Of a DNA stretch of 64,000 nucleotides, positions 25,489-37,219 are shown piece by piece. The notes beneath the pieces were generated by a model. The model saw nothing but the letters and a program-made list of their open reading frames with translations, was not told the origin of the DNA and made no database searches. Numbering within the stretch: position 1 is the first letter of the stretch; each line of letters begins with the position of its first letter. Both the position numbers and the translations under genes were made by a program. This DNA comes from Paragordius varius (taxonomy: Eukaryota; Animalia; Nematomorpha): contig OZ176050.1 in assembly GCA_964247055.1 (NCBI GenBank), forward strand, positions 9,238,001 to 9,302,000, in the 5' to 3' direction.

Positions 25489-25667
25489 TTTAATGTAAAA
25501 AAGCTTTCATTTTACCCTTAAAATAAATGAAAACGATATTTTGCAAATATTTTTCCTTCAGTTTTATTAATTAAAATTGTCTGGTGTATTTAGATACCCC
25601 ATTAAGAAGTATTAAAATATTGTCATGCATACAAAGAACGTATGAAATTACTTGACGCTGTATAATG

Positions 25668-28600
25668 ATGAACTTTTTGAACATCTTTTACAGTGGTTTA
25701 TGTGATTCGCTTGTGCCCGTTACACATATAAATAATTATTTCAAAAATTCACGGTCACGTATTAAGTATAGTTTTATATGACGTATAGAATATCTATATT
25801 TAAAAGAGTCAGTCAATGTTGCATTTTAAATTGTTTAATTTTTTGGTATAGTATGCAAGGGTTATATAACATTTTGATTTATCTTGAATATATTTTATTA
25901 TTCTTATCAGGTATATAACATATATTTAAGATTTTTTAATCATTCAAGCGTATTGGAAATATTTATTTGTCAATTTTTTATGGTTATTTAAATCTTTGTG
26001 GATTTTGCCCGTGTTTATAGTTAGTCGTTTAATCAATTGTATATGGTTTCAGGTAGAATTTTTAAACTTTTCTTTTTCTTATTTAATTATATACAATATA
26101 TTATTAATGTTAAAAGGACATTGTCGACGAATTTTATAAATGCAAACATGCAAAACCTGTCCTAAGCGGAAATAAAAGTTCATTTATTCCGGATATCTTT
26201 TTTACTTTAACTCAACAATCAATATTTCTCATTCAAGTTTTTTATTATTAAGTTATAGTCTTACCTTTTTTCTTATATACCTATACCGCTATTTCCAAAA
26301 TTTATTACGTTGATGCATTTTTCATTACTATATTCAGTATATTCTTTTGAATATAAGTGGTCTAATTTTGGTAAGTCCTTTAAATTAGTTACTTTTTATT
26401 ATATTATGGTAATCCTTACAATTTAAAACAGCTATATTTAGTTTTAATTAAAAATCTAGTCTTAGTCATGTTTATAAATATATGTGTTGAAATAAATTGA
26501 ATACCTAACTCTATATAATCAGAATATCAAATATGATAAAAAAAATAAATGGAATAATAATTTTTTTTTATATTTATACGCATCTCGCCAAAAAATATTT
26601 TTTACTATATATATACAAATACATACATACATACACTGTGTGCAAAAAGGAGGATCATTTTGATCGAAAACATTTTTTTTTCATGAGATAGCTTATGACC
26701 AGCGAATTCATTCGCCGCCGAAATTATTATTTGTTGACGACCTTATTTTGAAATATTAAGAGAAAATCAAAATCGGGCAAAAAGTGAAAATTAAAGATAA
26801 TTAAATTATATTAAAATTTGAGATATTATGGTTTATTATTATTTGGTATATATTTTCAATATATAAATAGCCTAAAATTATATAGTTAGCGTTTCTATAA
26901 AATTTTAGCTCAAAAGATGGCGTTTTTTAACATATCACAAGACAAGTTTTTTTTATAAATATTTAATATAATTTTTTTAAATTATTTATTAGCTAAACTC
27001 ACTAATAAAATCTTAACATTCACATTTTATTCAGAAAAAAACTTTTATATCAAAATAAAACCAAAAAATATTGTTTTTTATGTTTAGATTTTTTTGTCAT
27101 CTGGTTTGTGAGTGTAAAAATTTATACTGTTTTATTTTGGAATCTTACATGAGTGTGAATTATTAGTGGAATACCAACAAACAATCCGTACGAATCCCAA
27201 TACAAATATTAATTTGTCATAAAACAGACTTGTTACAGGGATTTGTTAGGATTGTTGGTTGATATTCCACTAATTTAAAATCGTATTTTGCATAAATTAT
27301 ATACTTTATAATTCGCTATTATGTAAAACAGTATAAATTTTTTATACATTCATAAACCAGATGACAAAAAAATGAAAAAATAAAAAGCAATATTTTTTGG
27401 CTTATATAAAAGTTTTTTTTACTGAATAAAAAAGAGTTTAGCTTGAAAATTAAAAAATATTTTAATATAGTTTCATTATTTTTTTGACTTTTATATGTTT
27501 TAAAAGAAAAACGCCATCTTTTTAACTGAGATTTTCTAGAAACCTTATTTATGTGATTTAAGGTATTTATATATATAAAATATCTCTTAAAATGATAATC
27601 AACCATATCACAACTTTTATTATTATTTTTTGAATTATCCTTAATTTTCACTTTTTGCTCGATTTCGATTTTCTCTTAATTTTTTAAAAACTACGTCGTC
27701 AACAATTAAAATTTTAGCGAAAGATGGATTCACTGGTCATACATTAGCTATCTCATGAAAATTTTTTTTTAAAAAAAATTAACCCTCTTTTTTGCACACA
27801 GTATATATAAATATATATTATGATTGTTGTTATAATTATTCGATTTGTACCCAACAAACTTAAAATTCTTATAAATTAATGTTGAATATTATGACGGATT
27901 AAAGCCACACAAACGTTTTATGAGACAAACGGTTTATTATTAATTTTTAGATTGAGTCAACTCTAAAAAAATTTGCAAGCTCTATCGTGCGACTTGAATT
28001 AGTTTAGATTAGAAAATCATACACATTTTAAAGAAGGGCCTATATTTATTATCTCTTTTAGTTTTGGAGTTTACCGGATGGCAATCTAAATAGCAGTTTC
28101 CCAATTATTCAGTTTAATATTTCGCTTTTTATTTAATAGTTAGATTCAAATTTGGCTAATTAGTGACTGACCATATTTAAAATGCTATCAAAAAACTACT
28201 GAATGGGACGGTTCCAATTTAAATTTAGTTTTGAAAAAATTTCTATATCAAACTACTTCAACGCCATTTTTATTTTGCAACATTTTTGCATAATATCGTG
28301 TTTTTTTAGTCTAACGCTAAAATTGAAGTTATTTTTTAAATCACATATAAAATTATTATATCAGAAAAGGTGATTTATTTTGCATTCATATTTATGCACA
28401 CCATGTTGGCTGAATTTTTACCTTCATGTTTATCCATAAAATAAGTATTATCAAGTTTTTTTGATTAAATCTTTTTTATATTTTGATAATGTTGTAAATC
28501 CGAATTTTTGCAATGGTTTCAATTTATTCCATATTTTTTGAAATATTTGATTCTAAACAGACCTGAGGTCACCAACCACCTGAATTTTAAACGAAGGTTT

Positions 28601-30973
28601 ATAATGTTTTGTATCCAATTCATTGTTTCTTTACTTATTCAATTGTGCGATGTTTTGTATCCAAGTTTCAAATCAAACCAGTTATTTTGACATTAAAAAT
28701 ATGAGTTTGAAAATACTTGTTATTAAATACCGAGTTTCTAGTACATCGGCTGTGATTGTGCAGTGTAATTATAAAATTCAATTTTGTTAAATACTACGAG
28801 TGTAATCCAATATAACCTAAAATAACCCTTATGAAATATTGTTAAAATTTAAAATCACGGTTTTTTGAACAAATGTACTTTTTATAGCACATATGTAAAA
28901 TTATTATTCCCTAAATTCGGCTTTGTAGCCTAGGGTGGAATGTGTTTCTATGATTTTAGGGGGCGCATATACAAAAAATTAGAATGAAAACGAATACCAT
29001 TTTGATAAATAACTCACCTAAACATAAAATTATCGTATATTTTTTATAATAGGAGTGGCGCCAAATTGGCATACAGTGTACACATTTTTTTATCAATTCA
29101 TTATGTTGGTAGCTCAAAGGCTCTGTTTTGAAAAAAGCCTTGAGGAAAATACGATTAATTTTATAAATATATAGTTTTTAAATAAATTCACTAATATTAA
29201 TTATGATAAAGGTTTTGAGATTCATAAACGGCTTAAGTTAGTGGAGACGAATTGGCCATATTTTTTGGGGTTCGGATTACCACTTGCTGTTGTTACCCAT
29301 TTGCCGCACTCATACGTTATTAGGTTCTAATATTTTTTTTTATATAATTAAAATTATTTTATTAATTAAATTTATATTTTTAGTGGGATAGTATTTTCAC
29401 TGTTGTTTCCACTTTTTATTCTGAGTGCCACAGAAGCCAAACCTATTGCTCAAAATTTGTAATTAATTTCTTAATTGACATATTTAAATAGCAATTTTTT
29501 ATGTGTTTCATTAAAATATATTTTCATATAAATAATATATTTTTTAGTGATGGGCCAAGTTTGCCCATATTTTTACCATCGATCTATCTTGCGAATCTCA
29601 TACTCAAAATTACCAAACAAGTTGAATACATACCTACTAAAGGTGCGTGGCGTGCCTCACATCGACAGACTGAAACAAATTCCGAAACTGCTGAAACGGA
29701 AATGATTGTTGGTAAAGTCAATTTCCTTTTGAATAAAATTTCACCCAACAATTTTTGTCAGCTTTTAGACGAGTTTAAATCTTTAACTTTGCATATTAAT
29801 TCTTTGGACCGTGCTACTGGTGTAGTTAAACTCATTTTCAATAGGGCTCTTCTCGAACCTGCCTTTGTTGACATGTATGCACTACTTCTTCCAGCTCTCT
29901 GCGCATGTTGTGAGCCATTTAAACCGTTGTGCATTATATTAACAATGTGCCAAAAACAATTTGAAGCAATCAAATCCGAAAAGTCTGAGGAAGAGCTTGA
30001 ATTTGAGAAAAAAATTCAAGAAGCAACTGACGAAAACGAAAAACGAATTTTAGAGGAAGATTTGAATGAATATATTTTAAAGGAGCGCGATCGATATCTA
30101 GGTAATATCAAGTTTGTAAGTGAATTGCTTAAACTACAATTGTTGACTCCTAAAATTTACTTGGATTGCCTAATGACTTTATACAACGTTAAAACTGATT
30201 TTGCTTATGAATGTCTTTGCAACATGTTACGTTATGCCGGCAAAGATTTTGAATCTCATCCCGGTCGACGTATAGTGGAGGAATTGATAAATAACTTTAA
30301 AAAACTTTCGAAAGATACCAATATATCCTTACGCATCCGTTTCATGATGACTGATATAATTGATTTGAAAGAAAATGGTTGGGTTCCACGTCGAGACGAA
30401 GATGCTCCCCGCACTTATGAGGAGATTGAAATGGAAATGGCTCGCGAAAATGAGGAAACCCGGAAAATGGCAGCGAGTGTTTTGAAACGACAGCATTTAC
30501 AATCTAAGGGTGGTGGTAATGTTAACCGTATGGGAGAAACACCCAGCCCTAATTTGTATAATAATAATAATAATACAGCCGGTTCAAATTCAATCATGAG
30601 TTCAGGTTTATCGTCAAATGCTGGTATGTCCCCAGTGCCCGAGTTTAAAAATTTAGCTCATAGGCCAGTCGGTATTCATAGTAGGCAAGAACAAAATTTG
30701 GATACGATTAAACTTGGACCCTCTAAATGGGTTCGTAATATTTCAACTAATGCCAATAAGCAAATCTCAGAAAACGTTAAAAGAGCACCTCCTACATCTA
30801 CCGCAACTGTAAGCGTTTTTTCGAATGCTACGCGAAACACTGCAGATAATAATATTGGTTCATCTCATGCACTTAAGGGTGGCAATACTAATATTTTCAA
30901 AGGTACTATTCCAACCGCTCTAATGGTTCCACTGCTTAATTCTGAGCGCAAAAAAATCCAGAAGTCTTTTTAG
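25668..30973 (+). CDS. Chimeric EI24::eIF4G(MIF4G) gene; 7 exons; 1-nt frameshift near the 5' end with a downstream in-frame ATG (699 aa from 25778)
   Basis: Exons 25668(or 25778)-25910, 25931-26052, 26117-26236, 26259-26370, 29212-29323, 29384-29458 and 29548-30973, all with GT-AG introns and matching phases (2100 nt from 25778). The translation has EI24 hallmarks (QCCILN, LWILPVFIVSRLINCIWFQ-DI, FEYKW, NWPYFLGFGLP, VFSLLFPLFILSATEAK) and then continues without a stop into eIF4G sequence at ~29611. Expression is untested, so it may be a pseudogene. Confidence 0.75.
26634..27803. mobile_element. 1.17-kb Tc1/mariner-type non-autonomous element in intron 4 of the chimeric gene
   Basis: TA|CACTGTGTGCAAAAA...TTTTTGCACACAGT ends with ~190-bp imperfect TIRs (TCATGAGATAGC, GTTGACGAC, GCAAAAAGTGAAAATTAA). 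Confidence 0.75.
28170..28670 (-). mobile_element. Degenerate family P MITE
   Basis: AAAAAACTACTGAA..GGACGGTTCCAATTTAAATTT...CGCCATTTTTATTTT...TTTTGTATCCAAGT, colinear with family P. Confidence 0.55.
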
Positions 30974-31002
30974 CCTCGCTGAAATATTTTCTCGAATCCG
31001 GG
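29611..31002 (+). repeat. Duplicated eIF4G coding segment (paralogous to 2977-~4370)
   Basis: Direct nucleotide alignment begins at TACCAAACAAGTTGAATAC. A 1-nt deletion at ~30958 gives TAG at 30971-30973. After ~31002 the alignment jumps to the parental 3' flank at ~5650. Confidence 0.95.
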
Positions 31003-31333
31003 CAACTTGGCAGAACACAACGACATAATAGTTACAATATATTATTAATCTTTCTAACGTTTGCTAATAATACGCTTTGCTCAGAGTTGTTATTGTAACT
31101 TACAGCAGACTTGCTTTTAATGAAGAAATTTAACAATGTTAAACGCAAATTTTTTATATGTCTTTTGGTAATTTAATTTTTTATGTTGTAATTTAATATA
31201 AAAATATTCGCGACGCGCCATTGGATTAGTTAATTAACTATATTATCTTCTCCTGGGCATGCTTCATGATTTTATATTATTTAATCAATATAATATATTT
31301 TTACTATACTGCTGATGCATGCATGTTTATTAA

Positions 31334-31764
31334 CACTTCATGACCTTTTTGGGGTAGTTTTATATCCCAAAGTGATAATAAATTTAAATATCTGAAAAAA
31401 TATTTAAGGTATTGGGTTAAATATAAAAATCGCATAATGTAAAAGATTTTCAAAAAATTAAAACAGTAAAAAAATCCTCATCTTAAACTTTTTCGCCGCC
31501 ACTTTTTTGTTAAATTTTTTAAACCGCTAATATGGAATTATTTAATTTTAAAATCAGTTTTTTCAGTTAAATCGTGTTTTGGATTGCCCAAAATATAGAG
31601 GAGTCACATAACTAAAAAATATAAATTTATATATAGAAAATAATGTTTGATAATTAAATTTTAAAAATTACTTTGAAACAGTATTTTATTCAAGAATGAG
31701 CTCCTAAATATAAAACAACTCCAATATGTCATCGCGAACAAAAAAGTGAAAAGGTCAAGAAGTG
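31334..31764. mobile_element. piggyBac-like MITE (family U, 431 bp)
   Basis: TTAA|CACTTCATGACC...GGTCAAGAAGTG|TTCA. The paralogous empty site at ~5981-6000 (CATGTTTCTTAATTAATT) has a single TTAA. Related pieces at ~39600-40060 and ~61970-62420. Confidence 0.7.
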
Positions 31765-31917
31765 TTCATTAATTAATTTTAATGATATCATATAAAACCT
31801 TTATTCCTACCTACCTATTATATCAATTGCCACCATTGTTTGTTTTAATTTTGGGATAAAATTAATATATTTGTGATACTCTTCAGTTCTCTTGATGGAT
31901 GGACGCAGTTTTTAATA

Positions 31918-32618
31918 TACCATTTGCACTTCAAGAGTGTCCTTGAACACTTCAAGTTGGTCCTTGAACAATTCAAGTTGGTCCTTTAACACTTCAAATT
32001 GGTCCTTGAACATTTCAAGTTGGTCCTTAAAATTTATAAATTTTGATTTAACCATAATTTTTGCATTTATTTTATTATTTATTAACCTAATTATCTTTAT
32101 TTATTATATCTTTATATTCATTTAAAAATAAATTTTTTTTATTTAAAAACCATTTTGTTTCAAACTACTTTTTTTCAATTTAACAAAATTTTTGACTTTT
32201 AAATGTTTTTAATAAAAAATTTAAATCAATAACCCATAAAACTTATATATTTCATTTCGTGTTAAAATCTTATAAATATCCAAAATTATTTTAAGAAATT
32301 AATAAAGATATACGCTTTATCAAAGATTAAAAGTTGATATCGATTTAATATTATGTTAAATAATAGAAAATAGGTTAAAAACAATAAAATAGATGATATA
32401 TTTATGATTTGATTGATAAAAGTTAAAAACAAAACAAAAAAGTCAAAGAACCAACTTAAAGTGTTCAGGACCAACTTGAAATGTTCAATGACCAACTTGA
32501 ACTGTTTAAGGACCAACTTGAATTGTTCAAGGACCAACTTGAATTGTCCAAGGACCAACTTGAATTGTTAAAGGACCAACTTGAAGTGTTCAAGGACACT
32601 CTTGAAGTGCAAATGGTA
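31918..32618. mobile_element. Family Q foldback-like MITE
   Basis: TA|TACCATTTGCACTTCAAGAGTGTCC...GGACACTCTTGAAGTGCAAATGGTA|TA with 21-bp repeats at both ends. Confidence 0.9.
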
Positions 32619-33204
32619 TAATATGTTTGTACTTTACAGTCATGTCTAAGATCGAATAAATTATTTATGAATGTCGGTATATAATACGAATGCGGAACGC
32701 CGTGCTTTTTGAGTTAAAATGCGGCCCGCGAAGCCATTGTGTTAGAATATCCTTTTCTATAAAATATTTTTAATGAATAACATATTAAAACCATGTTTTG
32801 TTTAGATTTTTTCCGACAGTATTTTTATACACAATTCTACATGTTTATGATCCAATTTGCGTTAAATAATTAATTTGAGATGAAAGTGGTATATTTTTAT
32901 AAATTTTATTATCCGTAACTATAGACTTTATAAGTTAGCCTCGAATATTAATGCGAACCATTGATAAAATAAAAAAATTATTAAATATTTTCTTAATTAT
33001 ACTTAAAAACCATAAAGTATTCTTCCAGTTAATAAAATATAGCTTTTAAAGAATTAATTATTAATGATTGTGTATTGGAATATATAGAAAATATTTTTAT
33101 ATAATCATTATAAATTCATAAAAAATAATATGCCAATATTACGTTGATAATGGTTAAAAGTTATTTTTATATCTTGTTTTAATATTTTTTATCAAAATTA
33201 AAAC

Positions 33205-33420
33205 CGTTTTTATTGATTGGGAAAACGTTTTTATTGATTGGGAAAATGTTTTTATTGACTGGGAAAATTTTCGATTGACTGGAAAAACTTTTCGATTGAC
33301 TGGGAAAATGTTTCGATTGACTGGGAAAATGTTTCGATTGACTGAGAAAACGTTTCAATTGATTGGGAAATGTTTCGATTGACTGGGAAAACGTTTATTT
33401 AGACTGGGAAATGGTATATA
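33205..33420. repeat. Minisatellite, 20-21 bp unit (TTTCGATTGACTGGGAAAATG), about 10 copies, ending in AAATGGTATATA
   Basis: Tandem units are directly visible. The terminus matches the family Q end, and the array is absent from the paralogous site at ~6400-6420. Confidence 0.8.
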
Positions 33421-34240
33421 TACATCCTATTATGAAACTACAAGCATGTCGCATATGAAAATACCAAATTTTATACATTTGTTTACTACAAATTAAAATT
33501 AATAGTATTTTTAAAATTCATAAGAAATTGAAGTTTTCAGGACTTTTACTCAGAACCAAAATTAGGAACCGGTTTTGCTTTTATTTAATACTGAAGTTTG
33601 TGTTTAAAAACTAAATTGGTTTCTCTCCTTTTATGCGACTAATAACTGTTCATAATTTATAGCGAAATAATCAAAATAATGCCGATCGCCAATATAAATA
33701 TAGTAAAACTCAAAATTTTAAATACCCAAAATATATAAATTAGAACACTCATTATAATTTAAAATTAATTGAATAAAATATACCGTTTATAAAAGGGGTG
33801 TTTTATTATAAAATTTGAAATTCCATCATTTGTAAAAACATGCTCACAAAGCCTAGTAAAATGATATCAAATAATTTTCCTGGTTAAGACCCATGCTAAA
33901 GTAAGTATGTGAGTATTACCATACTTAAGTGCTTATAACATTTTTAAATAAAGCCATTATAAGTCTGCTCCAATATACTTGTTAAAATTTCAAAGTAAAA
34001 CAATTTGAAAAATATTGCGAGTTGAATTCTGTTATATAGGAGGATAGAGAGCCAAGTTTATTTTACAAATAAATATTAGTGCGGTATTCTTTCGCACAAA
34101 TCTGATTAATTGAAGAGGAAAGAATATTTTTATACAAAATTCTGAGGGGATCGAAATGTTCAGCATCATTAAATTATATAGAAAAAGTATTTTTATAATG
34201 TCTTAAAGCGTTTTTACCGTTTCCATTATGCCTCAATATA

Positions 34241-34641
34241 TACCATTTTCACTTCAAGAGAGTCCTTGAACACTTAAAGTAGGTCCTTGAACACTTCAAG
34301 TTGGTCTTTTGACTTTATAAATCAATATCAACTTTTAATCAGAAACCGTATATCCTTTTTAATAACAATTTAACGCATAATTAAAAAATATACAAGTTTT
34401 TTGGGTTATTCACAATTTTTTATTGAAAACATTTAAAAGTTTATAATTTTGTTAATTTGGAAAATAATTAGTTTGAAACAAAAAAGTGGTTTATGAGTAA
34501 AATTTTTTATTTAATGAATATACATATAATAAATAAAGAAAATTGGATTATAATAAATAAAAAAATAAATGCAAATATTATAATTAAATTATAACTTATT
34601 TGACCAACTTGAAGTGTTCAAGGACACAAGTGCTAATGGTA
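34241..34641. mobile_element. Degenerate family Q MITE
   Basis: TA|TACCATTTTCACTTCAAGAG...GTGCTAATGGTA|TA; the internal AT-rich core is shared with other Q copies. Confidence 0.75.
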
Positions 34642-35494
34642 TAGTATGATGTACGCGCTTTAAAAAATTTGGCTAAACAATAAATTTTTGGTATATAAAA
34701 TATATTTTTAGTTGATATCAAAATTTAGCATATTTTTAAAAAAATTTCCTACTCCACTTTAAAAGAGCAAAAAAATTTGATACTTTCGGAGCCCATAAAA
34801 ATTAAATTTTTTAAATATTGTTTTGTTTTTTATAGGTAGTTTATGATATATTTTTGGAATGTAGCATTTAGCTTTCACCAAAAAATTTATTGAAAAAATG
34901 TGCGCAAGTTTCGCCATTTTCTGATACGGAGCACTTACCATTAAACTTTATCATGTCACATTTAAGGGCACTAAATATATAACAACAGGTTTTTTGTGGA
35001 CATTGTGTAAAAGTAATGTGACCAAATATTTTGAACCTTGACGCAGTACAAAATTAGAACATACTTTGCCTGTTTTTACACCAACCGTGTGGTATATTAC
35101 AGAGTTTCCACAAAAAAATATTCTGATGATTTAATATATATATATGATTTTGATAATATCAGAATTATCATGGTGCTTTTGGTTTAACCTTTATGAATGA
35201 AAGTTATTTACACTTTCATGGTAGGTGCTCCATATAAAATTCCAGAAAATGCGAAATTTTTTCAAATACATTTTGTGGTGAAACCTAAATGTTTTTTAAA
35301 AAATATCACTAAAACATAACATAAACTACATGTAAAAAGGCAAAACAATATTTTTAAAATATAAATTTTTAGATGCGGGCCCTGAAAGTCCCAAATTTTT
35401 TGGCTTTTTAAAAATGGACTATTTTCTAAAGATAACGATTCCGACATTGTGCAATTATTTTAAATATATGCTAAATTTTGATATCACATAAATA

Positions 35495-36896
35495 TAATGT
35501 GACCAGATATTTTGAACTTGAACGCAGTAAAAAATAAAACATACTTTGCCTGTTTTTATACTATCGTGTGGTATATTACACAGTTTCCACAAAATATCCT
35601 GATGAAATATATATATTCTGATAGGTAAATGGTGCTTTTGTTTTAACCTTTACGAGTTATTAAAGAAAGTAATTTACACTTTCGTGGTAGGTGCTCCGTA
35701 TAAAATTGAAAAGGTGCATTCAAATATATTTTTTGGTAAAAGCTATGCTTTATTTCAAAAAATATTACTAAATTATAACATAATTTACTTTTAAAAATTT
35801 TAAATTTTTAGATGTGGGCTCTTAAAGCCCCAAATGTTTTGGCTCTTTTAAAATGACTGTTCTCTTAAAACAAACGCAAAAATTCCGACATAGTGCAATA
35901 ATTTTAAATATATACTAAATTTTGATATCAACTAAATAATTTTTTAAAAAAACATACCTTCAAAAATTAATTTTTAGCATATATTCTTTCGTTTTCAAAT
36001 TTATGTTAAATAAATGTTTTTTTTACAAAATTCACCAAAATTTGCAAGCACACAAACCTTTAAATTTAAATTCTGAACCTATAGTAATATTCAACATCAT
36101 ATTATTTAGAAAAAGGGATTTATTATATCTTAAGCATTATACCGTTTCCATAAATGCTTCAAAATCGTCAGAAGTACGCTTCAACAAAATGTCTCAAATT
36201 TGTATGCAAAAAATAAGAAATCTAATAAAAATTAAATTTTAGGAAAAAAATAAGTAATATTATACATACCTACCACCTTAGTATAAAATACGTGAAAACT
36301 CTTAATTTTTAATAGAAAAGGTTATTTCGAAATCATATGCCATATATAATAAATTTTATATAATATGTTACGGGAATAACAATTTTTTATATAATTTTCC
36401 GTTTTTAATTATAACAAAAAATGAACTTTCTAAACTTGATCATACATTTATTAAAATATCATAAATAAATATTGTTAATTTTAAATTTTGAGGCACCTCT
36501 TTTTGCGGAAGCCCTGAGGGAAAGAGCCATTAGCCTGAATCCAACTGTGTGGAGTCCGAGATTTATAGTTTCGCCACTGCGCGAAATGCAGCATTCCTAA
36601 GTTTTATGTGTTATTCAAGCAGAAAATAAAATATTAACCAATTAAAAATAGGCCAAGTTTTTTGCCGCAAAATGAACCATTTTTTTACAAATGATGGTGT
36701 TATTTTTAATGAGGGTAATATATTAATTTCTAAAATTAATTTTTTATGAATTAATAAAAGGAAATCAATATAAATTTATAAAAAACTAAATTTTTTTAAT
36801 TTCAAAAAGCAGTACAAAAGAGGACTCAGTACTGGCGCAGTTTTTTTCTGAAAACCCAGTACTGTACTGCGAAAAGCAGCCTATCTGGTCACATTA
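35495..36896 (-). mobile_element. Family R hAT element (inner copy)
   Basis: TAATGTGACCAGATA...TATCTGGTCACATTA with a perfect 8-bp TSD CATAAATA. Confidence 0.9.
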
Positions 36897-37219
36897 CATA
36901 AATATGTTTTTTAAAAAATGAATTCTTTTAAAAATTTAATTTTTAGCAAAATTTTGTTGAAGCGTACTTCATACTATTTTCAGCATGATGGAAACGATAT
37001 AAACGGTTGAGAAGTTATAACACTATATAGTATATATAATATATATATATATATATATAATTCGATACCATTCATTTTTCTCATTCAGAATTTTAATTCG
37101 TTCGTTTTTAAATTTATGTTAAATAAGTACACAAATTCACAAAAATTTGCAAGCAAACAAACCTTTAAATAAAATGAACCTATATTCAACATCATCAAAT
37201 TATTTAGAAAAAGGGTTTT

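Larger units (their letters stand above)
31020..33700 (+). repeat. Duplicated eIF4G 3' flank (paralogous to ~5650-6715), broken by later insertions
   Basis: Shared blocks ACGACATAATAGTTA, TTATTGTAACTTACAGCAGACTT, GCGACGCGCCATTGGATT, TATACTGCTGATGCATGCATGTTT, CATGTCGCATATGAAAATACC and AATAATCAAAATAATGCCGATCGCC, in the same order. Confidence 0.9.

Noticed and set aside
29384-29458. Signal-peptide-like exon in front of the MIF4G copy
   Set aside because: It is a transmembrane segment of EI24 (FSLLFPLFILSATEA), not an N-terminal signal peptide.
29501-29547. ORF-track start of a stand-alone 490-aa eIF4G-like protein
   Set aside because: The ATG lies in an AT-rich intron ending at TTTTTAG 29547; the upstream exons are EI24.
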